This document shows, in pieces, positions 53,684 to 64,000 of a DNA stretch of 64,000 nt. Source of the DNA: a virus; IMG/VR virus record IMGVR_UViG_3300009008_000003. One strand, 5' to 3'. Position numbers and translations under genes: made by a program. Under the pieces are notes generated by a model. The model saw only the letters and a list, made by a program, of their open reading frames with translations, did not search any database and had not been told where the DNA came from. The stretch's first letter is position 1, and each line of letters starts with the position of its first letter.

Positions 53684-55611
53684 TGGGTTGCTTTGACTCT
53701 ATAAGAGATGAAATAGAAAAACAAAAAGAACACCTTGGCGGTGATATAAATTCGTCTAATTTTAGCTCAGTGAACACCAACGCTGGCATTATGAACTTAC
53801 TTAATAATATAGCCATTGGTCCTTTGGCAAACGTTATTCTGGGAGTTACCCAATCTTTGATTCATGTAGTTAGAGATAGAGTAGCAGATGGTCAAGATAT
53901 AATAAACGAAATAGTAGATACAGCTACCACTATAGGACCAGCCATAACTGTCGGGTTTGATTTAGCACTTAAAAAAAGATTGGCACAAACACTTAAAGAT
54001 AACTTAGAAGCAAGAAGAATTGCTACTCGTAATATATACGCAGCCTTAGAAGATATATTTAATATTTTAGAAGGCCTCTTTTATGCTTATGTCTTAGAAG
54101 ATAATTTGGATGATGCATACGCTGCCATAACACAAGCTTTAAAGTATTTAAACGCAGCTACTAATTTACTTGGTCAACCTGAGCCGGGTTATATAGCCAT
54201 ACAAAACAACATAAGCATTGCTCACACTAATGTTGTAGTTGCTTTGAATTACTTGCATTACAATACAGAGGTAGCAGAGCAAGCAGGAGCTATACTTGAT
54301 AATATATTTAGAGATGGTGCCAATTCAGAAGAAATAGAAGACCAGATAAATGATGTTATTGAGAATTATAGAGATACAATAGGCACTATTTTTAAGGTGG
54401 TGGCCGATAGGCTGTTAGCAGATTTACAAATAATTGCAGATAATTTACCAACAACTTTACCAAATTTGCAAATAGATGCCTATACTTTAGATTACGAAGG
54501 CATTGGCGCTATAAACATTATTTCTTTCGAGGGTATTATAGAATCCCTAAAGGTGGGGGTTATACCAACTAGTTTAGCTATAAAAGCAGTTACTACCGCT
54601 TTATTAAATTTTGATACTGACTATTCTAATTTAACTAACTCCTCCCAGCTAGCATTAAACAGATTACTAGATATATATAATAAATTAAGAGCAACGCACA
54701 GTGATATAGGCGGTTATCTAGCCGATGCAGAATTATCGGGAGGCAGTGTTAATGATTTTAGATTGGGGTGGAAAAAAACTGAGTGGATCTGGGATCTGGT
54801 AGATATAGAGACAAAGCTACGAAATGATAGCTCCGTAAATTTACTAATAGACCAAGAACGGGAAGAAGCTTTACAAACCGAAGCTTTTAATGATTTAATA
54901 GCTTGGTTAAGCAGAGTAGATGAGAACGATGACTATATTTATCAAGAATCATTAGAAGGTGTGGCTGGATCTATAGGTCTATTTTGCACAGAAGCTCTGA
55001 GATTAATTACTGGGTTTACAAACAGTAGTAATAGACAAAGATTAAAAGATCTAACTGGCAATATTTTAGTACAATTAAACAATGCTATTATAGAAGATGG
55101 ACGTCTACTTACAAAAACAAATACATTTTTAGAAAGTATACCAGAAGACATCATCAGTGATGCAGAGAATTTCATTCTGCATGTTACAGAATATCTTGAT
55201 AGCATAGACTTTTCTGCATCTTCAAGTATTATAAAAACAGGAATGATGGCCTCTGCTGTAACATCCACTATGAATGCTTCTCTATCGCTGGCTAGTGATG
55301 CTGCATCAATTACCAGCGGGTTGAACATGTTGGTGGCTAGCACTGCTAGTAATGTGATAAACTGTTTTCAAGATAATGGAAGTACAAAAGCTAGCGCAGA
55401 CACTGGTACTTTACCAAGCGCTCTAGAAACAGAAGAACAAGTACAACAAGAAGCTAATGAACGTACTTTGAGGGATAATAAATTCTTTCAACAATTTTAT
55501 GAAATGATTTTAGAATCTCCTCTAAAGGATATATCACCAAACGAAGGCCCTATGCACGATCCTGATGACCCCCCTAAATATGGCGAAGAGGATCATAGGA
55601 GATTAGTATGA
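53683..55611 (+). CDS. hypothetical virion protein
   Basis: 642-aa helical ORF. Confidence 0.7.
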   Translation: MGCFDSIRDEIEKQKEHLGGDINSSNFSSVNTNAGIMNLLNNIAIGPLANVILGVTQSLIHVVRDRVADGQDIINEIVDTATTIGPAITVGFDLALKKRLAQTLKDNLEARRIATRNIYAALEDIFNILEGLFYAYVLEDNLDDAYAAITQALKYLNAATNLLGQPEPGYIAIQNNISIAHTNVVVALNYLHYNTEVAEQAGAILDNIFRDGANSEEIEDQINDVIENYRDTIGTIFKVVADRLLADLQIIADNLPTTLPNLQIDAYTLDYEGIGAINIISFEGIIESLKVGVIPTSLAIKAVTTALLNFDTDYSNLTNSSQLALNRLLDIYNKLRATHSDIGGYLADAELSGGSVNDFRLGWKKTEWIWDLVDIETKLRNDSSVNLLIDQEREEALQTEAFNDLIAWLSRVDENDDYIYQESLEGVAGSIGLFCTEALRLITGFTNSSNRQRLKDLTGNILVQLNNAIIEDGRLLTKTNTFLESIPEDIISDAENFILHVTEYLDSIDFSASSSIIKTGMMASAVTSTMNASLSLASDAASITSGLNMLVASTASNVINCFQDNGSTKASADTGTLPSALETEEQVQQEANERTLRDNKFFQQFYEMILESPLKDISPNEGPMHDPDDPPKYGEEDHRRLV

Positions 55612-56045
55612 GACAAAGATATAGAGATATAAAGGTAGTAAATATAAATGCATCCACAAATAGAGCCGAATTTAAGTTGGATGAAAATAACGTATCAGCA
55701 TTGACTAATGAGGAAACCTTTTTACAATATATAGTGAAGGTTCTTTTGAATACTAAGGGCACTAATGGCTATAATCCATCAATAGGCACTTATTTAAATT
55801 CTTTTATAAATAAAGGATTTACCTTAGACGGTATAGAGGATAGTAAAACAGATATTGCGGTAGCAGTAAAACAGGCTGTTGAGAGTATTAAAGCAGAACA
55901 GGCTAAAATACCATCATTGCCTACTAGCCAACAACTAAAAAATATTGAAATAATAAAAATAAATTATTCAAAAGAAGCACAAACGTGGCATATTTTTTTA
56001 GCTATAACATCAAAGAATGATTTAAGGTATAGCATAACAATTTGA
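55608..56045 (+). CDS. gp25-like baseplate wedge protein
   Basis: LQYIVKVLL..KG...YNPSIGT; precedes baseplate J. Confidence 0.7.
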   Translation: MRQRYRDIKVVNINASTNRAEFKLDENNVSALTNEETFLQYIVKVLLNTKGTNGYNPSIGTYLNSFINKGFTLDGIEDSKTDIAVAVKQAVESIKAEQAKIPSLPTSQQLKNIEIIKINYSKEAQTWHIFLAITSKNDLRYSITI

Positions 56046-56052
56046 GGATTGG

Positions 56053-57270
56053 ATGTCTTATTTATCAACATTAACGCAGCTTACAGAGAAATTAAAACTA
56101 AAGCTTAGACAATTAGACCCTAGCTTAGATTTACGAGATGGATCTGCTATAAACGATCTTGTGGTTTTCCCAATTGCTTCTATGCTAGAACCCTATGAAG
56201 CAGTACATGAAGCTAACATACAAAAAGCAATGATAAATTCTTCTGGGTTATCAGAGGATGACCTGGATATTATAGCTTCAAATTTCTTTATTGAAAGGGA
56301 ATCCGGTACTAAAGCAACCGGTAATGTTAGAATATACTTTTCTAGTAAAAAGAATATAACTATACCAGTTGGAAGCAGGTTTAAATCAAAAAGTGGTTTA
56401 ATATATAAAGCTACAAAAACTCGATATGTAACCGCAGATGCTATGGGGTTGGAAAGATATCCTTATTATAGTTCCAATGATATACCAGTAGAAGCAGAAG
56501 AGATGGGGGATGTTTATAGGGTAGATGCTGGAGAAATAACTGAATGGGTAGACAGGACAACTAGTTATCAAGCTGTAACTAATATTGTAGCCATAACTGG
56601 AGGGGTTGATAAAGAAACAAATGCAGAATTATATGATAGACTATTGGTATCACAAAATGTACAAGCAGCTACTTCTACCGGCGGGATAAATAAAGTTCTA
56701 ATAAATAATTACCCTAATGTGCAGAATGTAGGAATTGTAGGAGCCGGTGATACTCTAATGATACGAGATCTAAATTATGACCGCGGACAATTAGAAAATT
56801 ATAATAAAATAGACTTTAACGGTTGCAAACAGTGGCAGCATTGGGCTCCTTATAATAAGTCAGTGATAATGATGGGAAAGACCGGTAGCGACCCGTATAC
56901 TGTAAGTGGAGTATATGATTTTCCTGTACCTAGTGTCTTTTTACAAGAAGTAACAGATGATATGTATTTAGGAGTCTACGCGGAAGATAGTTATTACTGT
57001 ACGGCCGGGCTACAAGAGCTTTTATACGATAATTTTAACCCATCCGGTGTACATATGTCAGGTCTATCGCCTGTGTGGTTCGCTTCTACCACAGAAAGAG
57101 GCTTAAGCAGCGCAACTAAAGAAATTATATGGGAAGATAATATGGTAAGACTTGGAGTTCAAGAGTATGATGTAAGCTCTGTATATTTATCTGAAGCTAT
57201 TCTTGATGCAGTATTGTCTGGCCTGGAAATGGAATTAGAAAGAGTAGAATTACCGGGAGACATTATATAA
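56053..57270 (+). CDS. baseplate J-like protein (N-terminal part)
   Basis: LDLRDGSAINDL, LDIIASNFFIERE.G.KATGNV, GGVDKETNAEL. Confidence 0.85.
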   Translation: MSYLSTLTQLTEKLKLKLRQLDPSLDLRDGSAINDLVVFPIASMLEPYEAVHEANIQKAMINSSGLSEDDLDIIASNFFIERESGTKATGNVRIYFSSKKNITIPVGSRFKSKSGLIYKATKTRYVTADAMGLERYPYYSSNDIPVEAEEMGDVYRVDAGEITEWVDRTTSYQAVTNIVAITGGVDKETNAELYDRLLVSQNVQAATSTGGINKVLINNYPNVQNVGIVGAGDTLMIRDLNYDRGQLENYNKIDFNGCKQWQHWAPYNKSVIMMGKTGSDPYTVSGVYDFPVPSVFLQEVTDDMYLGVYAEDSYYCTAGLQELLYDNFNPSGVHMSGLSPVWFASTTERGLSSATKEIIWEDNMVRLGVQEYDVSSVYLSEAILDAVLSGLEMELERVELPGDII

Positions 57271-58943
57271 TGAGCAGAATAGTAGAACATCACGAAAATC
57301 CTTCTGTGCCAATTGAAAGGGTTGATAATGCTTTTGTTGCATTAAACAACTTAGTGCTAGATAGTAAAACTAGAAAATCATATAATGAAAGTCCGGTATT
57401 ACATACTATTTTAACACAGGATAATGGTATAGAAATCACTGGAACTTTTAAAACGAACGACGCTACAACTGACGGACAGTTTTCTTATGTAACCGTACGT
57501 AAACAGCACAATTCCCCCATTGCCTGGGATGGTTTGGGGTTTGCTTGGAGAAAAGGGGATGGTAGTGATTATAATGTGTACATCGTGGATAACAATGCTT
57601 TAGAAGAAGATGTTATTATGATGGGCGAGCAGGTAGTACAAACAGGAGGTATAAATAAGTTTTTAGCTGCTGGTAAATGTACTATAACCGCTAATAGCAC
57701 TTACTATTTCAAAATGACTATTAATGAATATAATAGTGTAGCTGTTTATATAGACGACGCAGATGCAACTACAAAAATAGTAGAGATAGGACCAACTTGG
57801 GATAGTGTGTATACACCAGCGGCCAATGGGACAGATTTTGGCGTGTCTGTGTTGACTTCGCGCGGGTATAGTTGGTGGTACGACACAATACAAATTTCAT
57901 CGACTTTATCAAACTGGTCAAATGTCTTATTAAAATTTTATACCCCAAGTTCCCAAATTTCTGACACTCAACAAGCAAATGTTTATATAAATGCTATAGG
58001 GACTTGGAATATTAATACCTGTAGCGGGTTAACTGCTCTTATATATAATGTAGATAATAGTGCATATGAGTTATTGGAAACCCGTTATGATTCTTTAATG
58101 TCTGAAGGAATAATAGAGGTAACAACGGCCTCCGGCATTAGTTCTTATAGGGATACATCTGATTATGTAAATGTACTGCTAACCACAGTCAGCGGATACG
58201 ATGATGCTACCATTTCCTTAAATTATGCCTATATTGATAATATTCTTTTATCCGGCATACACACTGGTAATTTTGTAGATATTTATGTAAATTCGCCAGA
58301 TGATATAACATTTGATACTGTAGAAGATGTTAGTGTATCTGATGATCAAGTATCACTTACAGCTGATAATTTTACACTGCCGGTAGCTCAGGTAGATGCT
58401 GTAAGACTAAACGCAACCGGCGATGATTTAGAATTTAAAGTAATGCCGAACACTAAATCTTTTTACGGGTCTACAAGCACGGATGCTTATATTCAACTGT
58501 ATAGTGATTATATTGCCGGTACCATTGATATAGATTATAGGTACTTATTAACCGGATCAGGCATGCAAGCTTTAGTTCAAACTTCAGAATTCAGGGGACT
58601 TGGTCAGAGTAATCTTATAAAAACAATGCCCATGATACTTATCAATTTTGATACAGTTTTGTATACCGGTGGACCAGACTTAGAAGTCTTAAAGACAAAA
58701 CTTAAAGATTGGGTAAATGCTTTAGATACGTCATTTGAGGTCACCGATCTAATTGCTTATATGTATCAATTAGGCGTACAATATATTGATCTTACCACTT
58801 TTAAAATAAAGTATACAAAATATAACACTGTGGGAACAAGATTAGTAAACGGTGCCGAATTAGTATCATCCTATACTTTAGATAGTTTAGAAAACTTTTA
58901 CACTGATACCAATGAAATGGCTGGCATAATTCGCACAGCATGA
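57270..58943 (+). CDS. baseplate wedge protein (beta-rich; possible J C-terminal domain)
   Basis: TAATG overlap with the previous ORF. Confidence 0.6.
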   Translation: MSRIVEHHENPSVPIERVDNAFVALNNLVLDSKTRKSYNESPVLHTILTQDNGIEITGTFKTNDATTDGQFSYVTVRKQHNSPIAWDGLGFAWRKGDGSDYNVYIVDNNALEEDVIMMGEQVVQTGGINKFLAAGKCTITANSTYYFKMTINEYNSVAVYIDDADATTKIVEIGPTWDSVYTPAANGTDFGVSVLTSRGYSWWYDTIQISSTLSNWSNVLLKFYTPSSQISDTQQANVYINAIGTWNINTCSGLTALIYNVDNSAYELLETRYDSLMSEGIIEVTTASGISSYRDTSDYVNVLLTTVSGYDDATISLNYAYIDNILLSGIHTGNFVDIYVNSPDDITFDTVEDVSVSDDQVSLTADNFTLPVAQVDAVRLNATGDDLEFKVMPNTKSFYGSTSTDAYIQLYSDYIAGTIDIDYRYLLTGSGMQALVQTSEFRGLGQSNLIKTMPMILINFDTVLYTGGPDLEVLKTKLKDWVNALDTSFEVTDLIAYMYQLGVQYIDLTTFKIKYTKYNTVGTRLVNGAELVSSYTLDSLENFYTDTNEMAGIIRTA

Positions 58944-59019
58944 AAATAAATAATACTTATAAGCGGATTAATAAAAGACGTATCGCCACAATAACACAAT
59001 TACATTATAGGACGTTATA

Positions 59020-61332
59020 ATGAAAAAAAGAATAGTTACACAGGGTACATTAGATAGTTTACCTTCAATTATAAGCGGTGTGCAGCAGTATACTGAGACT
59101 AATTTAGAGAATCTCCTAAAAGTATTTGTGGAGACACCTGGCATTGTATGCCGTTTAAAGGATGGGGGTATAGATGCTAGTGATCATGGTCTAGAACTTT
59201 ATTGCTTAACTACAACTATCGGTCAAGTGCAGCCCGGTTATGTATTAACTCCTGATTATCAATGGTTACAAACTTCTACTGCTACGATACCTGGTTTGGT
59301 AGATGGTGAATATGTAGTATTGAAATATAAAGATGAAAACGTAGCAGGTAGTGTTACTAACGGGTTAGATGGTTTTGTATACCCAAGCGGTGTAGATGCA
59401 TTCTATAAAACAATAGATGCTTCTTACACGGTCACCGGAATCACACCTGCAGATTGGGATAGTAGTACAGAGCTGTTAATAGGAGTTTTTAATTGGGAAG
59501 GATCACCTGGTTATGCAACAGAGGATTTGAGAATAAGCGGTGTTTTACAGTTACGTGATAAAGTAATATCTGAATTATATGCAGCCGCGGATCGTAATGA
59601 CATTAAATTTAGTGGTCTTGTCGGTGCTTCCGGGATTTATATTGGTAATAATGTAAAAATAGTATCCGATGGTACTGAACCAGCGTATACTATAACTGCC
59701 AGTGGTTTTAAAGAAGCTTTAGTTGTCAGTTCGGGGATAGCTTACAACGGAACTTATAACCGTGATGACGGAGAAGGTACTAGAACAGTTGTTGATGAAC
59801 AGCATATTTTACCTGCTCATTCTGCTGGAACTAGTGGTTTAGCTGAATTAGAAGCTTTATTTAGAGATGGTGTTATAGACTATGACGATGGTTGGGGGGT
59901 AAGGGAAGTCCAAGCCTACGCTATCCCTGTACAACCTAATCCTCCTACTGATCTTTCTAAAACTATTTATAGTCATATACCTGATTCTGAGTTTAGGTCT
60001 GACATCGAAGCTGCTGGACTTACTTTTAATGTAGCACAGGCCGAAAGATCAAAAATATTATTAGGTAGAGGCTATGTAACTGATTTACAGAATAAAATTG
60101 TAGATTATATGATTTCAAGTCCAGCCGCCACTGTCAGTGGGTGTTATGTTGACTATAGAGATGGCGGTACTTATTCTGTGGCAGCTTCTGGAATATGGAC
60201 CTCTGTAACAGGAATCGTTACTGGAGGTTATTCTTTTGGTTCTACGTATGATACCATAACTGCCACACAACTAGGGTGGGATGATGCCGGTAATCAAGAC
60301 ACTCGTACATTATCAGACGTAGTTAGTGTTAATAGCCAGTATATAGGACTACTTTTATCAAATGATACCGACGGAAGTATTCAATCGTCTGTTGATCAGA
60401 AGGACGACGAAGTAGAAACAGCGGCCGCTTCTCTCATAAATCAAAATAATAAAACACGTATATTCCCGGATAAAGCACAAAAATCTTTTACCTGCAGACT
60501 AGAATGGGTAGCTCCCACCTTAGTGAATAATCAAAAGATTAAAAACTACGAAGTAAAAGTAATGCAAGTTAAGGGTTCTGGTGCGGAAGATAAGCTTATA
60601 AAAGAGTTATTAGAAACCTACCCAGAACAAGTCAAAGGGGAATATAGACACCACACTACTCCAGATTTTAAGACTAAAGACAAAAATAGCAGATATTTGG
60701 ATGATGAAAGAAATCCTGTTGTGGTCGAAGAAGCAAGTGATTTTCCAAACAAGTTGGTTTTTGTATCTGGTGTTAATACAGCATTTGTAACTGCACAGGA
60801 TAAAATAAAAATAGGCAGTTCCTATAGCCGTGTTAAATCTTTTGACTTTGAAGGTCCTGCAACAGCCTCCTCTGGGTTAGTTACTGTTTATCTTACTATC
60901 TCCGGTGGAACGGACGATGCGGCTGAGTTTATAACAGAGACAACGGATGATGATAGTATCTATGGTGTATATGGTACAACCTATTCATTTGATGTTGTGC
61001 CTGACCATTACTATATGGCTTATGCAAGATCTGTTAATATTTACGACTATGCATCCGCGTGGACGAGTGGGCTTTATATAGACGTTCGTGCGGCTACCCC
61101 AGATAATGAAACTTTAACAATTCAAAACATCGTAGATGCAGAATCTCAAAGATTAGCTAAGGCTCGGGTAATAGAATTAAAAGCTTTAAGCTTAGAAACT
61201 GAAAAGCAATTAACATCTTTAGAACAAGCTATAGCTGCATTGCCTAAGACAGGAGAATACGTTAACCTTGTAACCGCTATTAACCAAATAGCTAATTCTG
61301 GTATAACGGGATTCGTACCATATGGCTCTTAA
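59020..61332 (+). CDS. virion structural protein (FN3-like segments)
   Basis: PNPPTDL, LEWVAP, beta-rich. Confidence 0.6.
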   Translation: MKKRIVTQGTLDSLPSIISGVQQYTETNLENLLKVFVETPGIVCRLKDGGIDASDHGLELYCLTTTIGQVQPGYVLTPDYQWLQTSTATIPGLVDGEYVVLKYKDENVAGSVTNGLDGFVYPSGVDAFYKTIDASYTVTGITPADWDSSTELLIGVFNWEGSPGYATEDLRISGVLQLRDKVISELYAAADRNDIKFSGLVGASGIYIGNNVKIVSDGTEPAYTITASGFKEALVVSSGIAYNGTYNRDDGEGTRTVVDEQHILPAHSAGTSGLAELEALFRDGVIDYDDGWGVREVQAYAIPVQPNPPTDLSKTIYSHIPDSEFRSDIEAAGLTFNVAQAERSKILLGRGYVTDLQNKIVDYMISSPAATVSGCYVDYRDGGTYSVAASGIWTSVTGIVTGGYSFGSTYDTITATQLGWDDAGNQDTRTLSDVVSVNSQYIGLLLSNDTDGSIQSSVDQKDDEVETAAASLINQNNKTRIFPDKAQKSFTCRLEWVAPTLVNNQKIKNYEVKVMQVKGSGAEDKLIKELLETYPEQVKGEYRHHTTPDFKTKDKNSRYLDDERNPVVVEEASDFPNKLVFVSGVNTAFVTAQDKIKIGSSYSRVKSFDFEGPATASSGLVTVYLTISGGTDDAAEFITETTDDDSIYGVYGTTYSFDVVPDHYYMAYARSVNIYDYASAWTSGLYIDVRAATPDNETLTIQNIVDAESQRLAKARVIELKALSLETEKQLTSLEQAIAALPKTGEYVNLVTAINQIANSGITGFVPYGS

Positions 61333-62884
61333 TCCTCTTTTTTCCTCTGGCATTATTACGGTTAGTGACCCCGCCGCTGAGTTTATGGGCGGGGCTAGCC
61401 AAATTGGGCAAGGAGTAAATACTGATTTTTACTTCCCGTCAAAAGGAACTAATACTCTTGTATTAGAAAACTTGCCAGAAGGTGGAGCTGGATTTTTACT
61501 AGACAACTTGATGCAGCGGAGCGATACAATGGGCTCCTGGAAAGCACAAATTGCTAGTAGTTTCAAAGTAAATGAGACAGGTAACATACAGTTTGAAGAT
61601 TTAAGAGATTCTGTTTACTCTTTAGTTTTTAACAGTTTAGAATATGTAAGATATAACAGATACAACATAAAAGTAGGCGAAGAAAGAAATATTGTTCGTC
61701 TAATGCCAGCGGTTTCTCCTGCTTATGCTGTCATTACCAGCGTTAGTATAGGTTTAGAATCATATAATTATTTAGATGATAGCATACCTAGATTACTTAC
61801 TTACTCTGGAAACTCTACTAACATTTACATTAGTGGGTGCGATAGCGCAGATACATTACTAGCATTGGGTTCCGCAGGGGATGTTTGTAGATATTTGGAC
61901 GATGCTAAAGTAGTCTTCAATGATATATCTAGTATAGATGCTGGCAATTACATAGTAACGCTAGCTACTGAAACTACAGATTTCCCCGTAAATACATACG
62001 TTGATTTTCTAAATGGCAGCGGAATCGGTGGAAGTCCTTATGTAACTTTAAACTGGAGACGAGATTTTACAAACCAGGTTCCACAACATTGGACTATTTT
62101 TTACAAATGGAGCGGAGTAGAGTGGCAATACATAAACCATGTTGAGGGCAGTAGACTTACCGCAACTGTGAATGAGTTGTCCTTTGAAACGGAATATGAA
62201 TTTAGAATAAGAGGTGTTGGGGTTAACTACCAAGGGGGTAGATGGAGCAATGTTGTAACTGTAACAACGCCAGCACAAGAGGGGGTTGCAGCTGAAGTGG
62301 ATACTTCTAGTATAGAGGCAGATGTAGTATGCTTGAAGAAAATGGAAGATCTTAAACGTCAATTTGATCTTGCAGACTGGGCTTCTTATGCTCTTCTTGA
62401 AAACTTCTGTAATAGTGGTTTAAGAAACTACGAGGTAGATGTAGCTAGTCCTCTCGCAATCGTAGACAACGCAGTTACGTTCACGGGGGTATCTAGTAGT
62501 GGTATAGAATATACCTATACTTCAACATTGACGGCTGTAGATGCTGGTGAAGAGATTGATCAATTCATGATACACTTAGAACCAGACGGCATGGATTTAC
62601 TGGATACTAGTCCATATGTTAATACTTCTGTTATTGCTACATTCTCTGGAGAATCCCCAGGTTACCACGAATGCTTAATGTTCTGGTCAAGTGGACTAGT
62701 AGCAGATATATACGAAGTGGGGGAAATATCCGGACTTAGTAATAACTATACTCATTTTGGTTATAAAGTAATAATGGAAGCTCACGTAGATGGTAAAACG
62801 GCATTAGGTTCCATAGATCGTGTCGGTGTATATGTTAATCCCGCACCGACTGAGGGTGATGTGGAAACTCCAGTATTTGATTAA
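61322..62884 (+). CDS. fibronectin type III domain virion protein
   Basis: VTLNW...TATVNELSFETEYEFRIRGVG...WSNVVTVTTP. Confidence 0.75.
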   Translation: MALNPLFSSGIITVSDPAAEFMGGASQIGQGVNTDFYFPSKGTNTLVLENLPEGGAGFLLDNLMQRSDTMGSWKAQIASSFKVNETGNIQFEDLRDSVYSLVFNSLEYVRYNRYNIKVGEERNIVRLMPAVSPAYAVITSVSIGLESYNYLDDSIPRLLTYSGNSTNIYISGCDSADTLLALGSAGDVCRYLDDAKVVFNDISSIDAGNYIVTLATETTDFPVNTYVDFLNGSGIGGSPYVTLNWRRDFTNQVPQHWTIFYKWSGVEWQYINHVEGSRLTATVNELSFETEYEFRIRGVGVNYQGGRWSNVVTVTTPAQEGVAAEVDTSSIEADVVCLKKMEDLKRQFDLADWASYALLENFCNSGLRNYEVDVASPLAIVDNAVTFTGVSSSGIEYTYTSTLTAVDAGEEIDQFMIHLEPDGMDLLDTSPYVNTSVIATFSGESPGYHECLMFWSSGLVADIYEVGEISGLSNNYTHFGYKVIMEAHVDGKTALGSIDRVGVYVNPAPTEGDVETPVFD

Positions 62885-62895
62885 AGGTGTAAATT

Positions 62896-63249
62896 ATGGG
62901 TTATTATACTAAAGGTTATTTAAGTGAAAGTACGCTTGGGCAACCTATATTTCCAAGTGATGCAACAGAGACAGATGTGCACATACCTTCTATGGATGGC
63001 GATAGTGATATATTAGATGAGTTATGGCTTTATGCTGGTAATAGCGGAACAATAGATTCTACAGTTACTGTATTCTTTAGTGGCCAGTCCTCGTTCAATG
63101 TAGGTATACCTGCTAGCAATGGACTTGTGTTAGTACTACCAGGCTTACCAGTTGGTCTAGGAACCGACGTTAGTGTTATAGCCTCTGGCACAGAATTGGG
63201 AACTACTTTTTTTACAGGATATGTTAATAACATAGATCAAACACTATGA
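62896..63249 (+). CDS. small virion protein
   Basis: ORF in structural operon. Confidence 0.6.
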   Translation: MGYYTKGYLSESTLGQPIFPSDATETDVHIPSMDGDSDILDELWLYAGNSGTIDSTVTVFFSGQSSFNVGIPASNGLVLVLPGLPVGLGTDVSVIASGTELGTTFFTGYVNNIDQTL

Positions 63250-63860
63250 GCGACCTGCAAATAGAAATAGCGGCTGAGATTCCGCAACACGTGGTACATA
63301 TGTTTCAGGAAAAGTTTGATCCTGGAACAGCGGCTGTTGCTGCATCCGGTATTGGCCCCATGCATATAGGTACTTTTTTTAAACTAGACTATGTCGAGGG
63401 CAGCGAGGAATTAGAATGGAGTACTTCCGATTATTTTGACGATAAAATATCTATAAATAGAGTTGTGATATCAGGGGGGCAAGAAGGAGAAACTACAAAT
63501 ATAGCAAAGCCTATTAGTGATACCGATCAATGTCTTATATACTATTCTCCGCAGGTATATACTGGTGGAAATTATAGGGACTTTAATTTTGCCTTTTGGG
63601 TTACATGTAGTGGAACCGGTGGCGATAAACAGTTGTCTTCTGCTGATAGAGGCACTGCACAGCAAATGGATTATATAATCTTCAGTGTACATTTTAGCGG
63701 TGTTGATTTCGCATGGAATGGGGTAGCAGATGAAACACCGGGTAGTCTTATAGAGGTAAATTCATATACTAGTATTGAAGATAGTAATAGAAATGAAGTA
63801 GAAGGAGACCCAATATATGCTATTACTTTTCCAGGCACCGCAACAGGAACTGTGTTATAA
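63246..63860 (+). CDS. hypothetical virion protein
   Basis: ORF in structural operon. Confidence 0.6.
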   Translation: MSDLQIEIAAEIPQHVVHMFQEKFDPGTAAVAASGIGPMHIGTFFKLDYVEGSEELEWSTSDYFDDKISINRVVISGGQEGETTNIAKPISDTDQCLIYYSPQVYTGGNYRDFNFAFWVTCSGTGGDKQLSSADRGTAQQMDYIIFSVHFSGVDFAWNGVADETPGSLIEVNSYTSIEDSNRNEVEGDPIYAITFPGTATGTVL

Positions 63861-64000
63861 TGGCTGATTTTGTGTACATATATAAATTTCAAGTAGTTCA
63901 AGACCAGTTAAATCTTATAACTAGTTACAATGCCTCTGGAGCCTTTACTTTTTATGCAAGATTGGATCATACTAGCACTATTCGTCCTACGGTTACACAC
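63860..64000 (+). CDS. partial ORF running off the window (MADFVYIYKF...)
   Basis: ATG overlaps the previous TAA. Confidence 0.45.
   Translation, partial: MADFVYIYKFQVVQDQLNLITSYNASGAFTFYARLDHTSTIRPTVTH

Noticed and set aside
1-64000. CRISPR array, integrase or IS element
   Set aside because: No regularly spaced direct repeats and no recombinase or transposase motifs seen

Overview
Segment of a large, AT-rich tailed-phage (jumbo/myovirus-like) genome. Nucleotides 1-45.6 kb are almost all on the minus strand. They hold a glycosyltransferase cluster and thyX. They also hold a ~17 kb tRNA/ncRNA region: about 17 recognisable tRNAs, a tmRNA, several aberrant tRNA-like RNAs, a group I intron remnant, several unexplained structured RNAs and two HNH genes. 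Then come RNA repair (Pnkp, Rnl1, a second RNA ligase), NAD salvage (Nampt plus NMNAT-Nudix), class II RNR and replication genes. From 45.66 kb the plus strand carries a tail/baseplate module with a sigma-70-type factor. The most unusual signals are RNAs: (i) a near-exact copy of the 23S rRNA L11/GTPase-associated centre interrupted by a ~113-nt insert; (ii) a family of tRNA bodies whose anticodon arm is replaced by structured cargo; (iii) a circularly permuted tRNA-like RNA with a tRNA-Met-like gene nested in its acceptor loop. All calls come from reading the sequence by eye. No searches or folding were run, and RNA boundaries may be off by a few nt.
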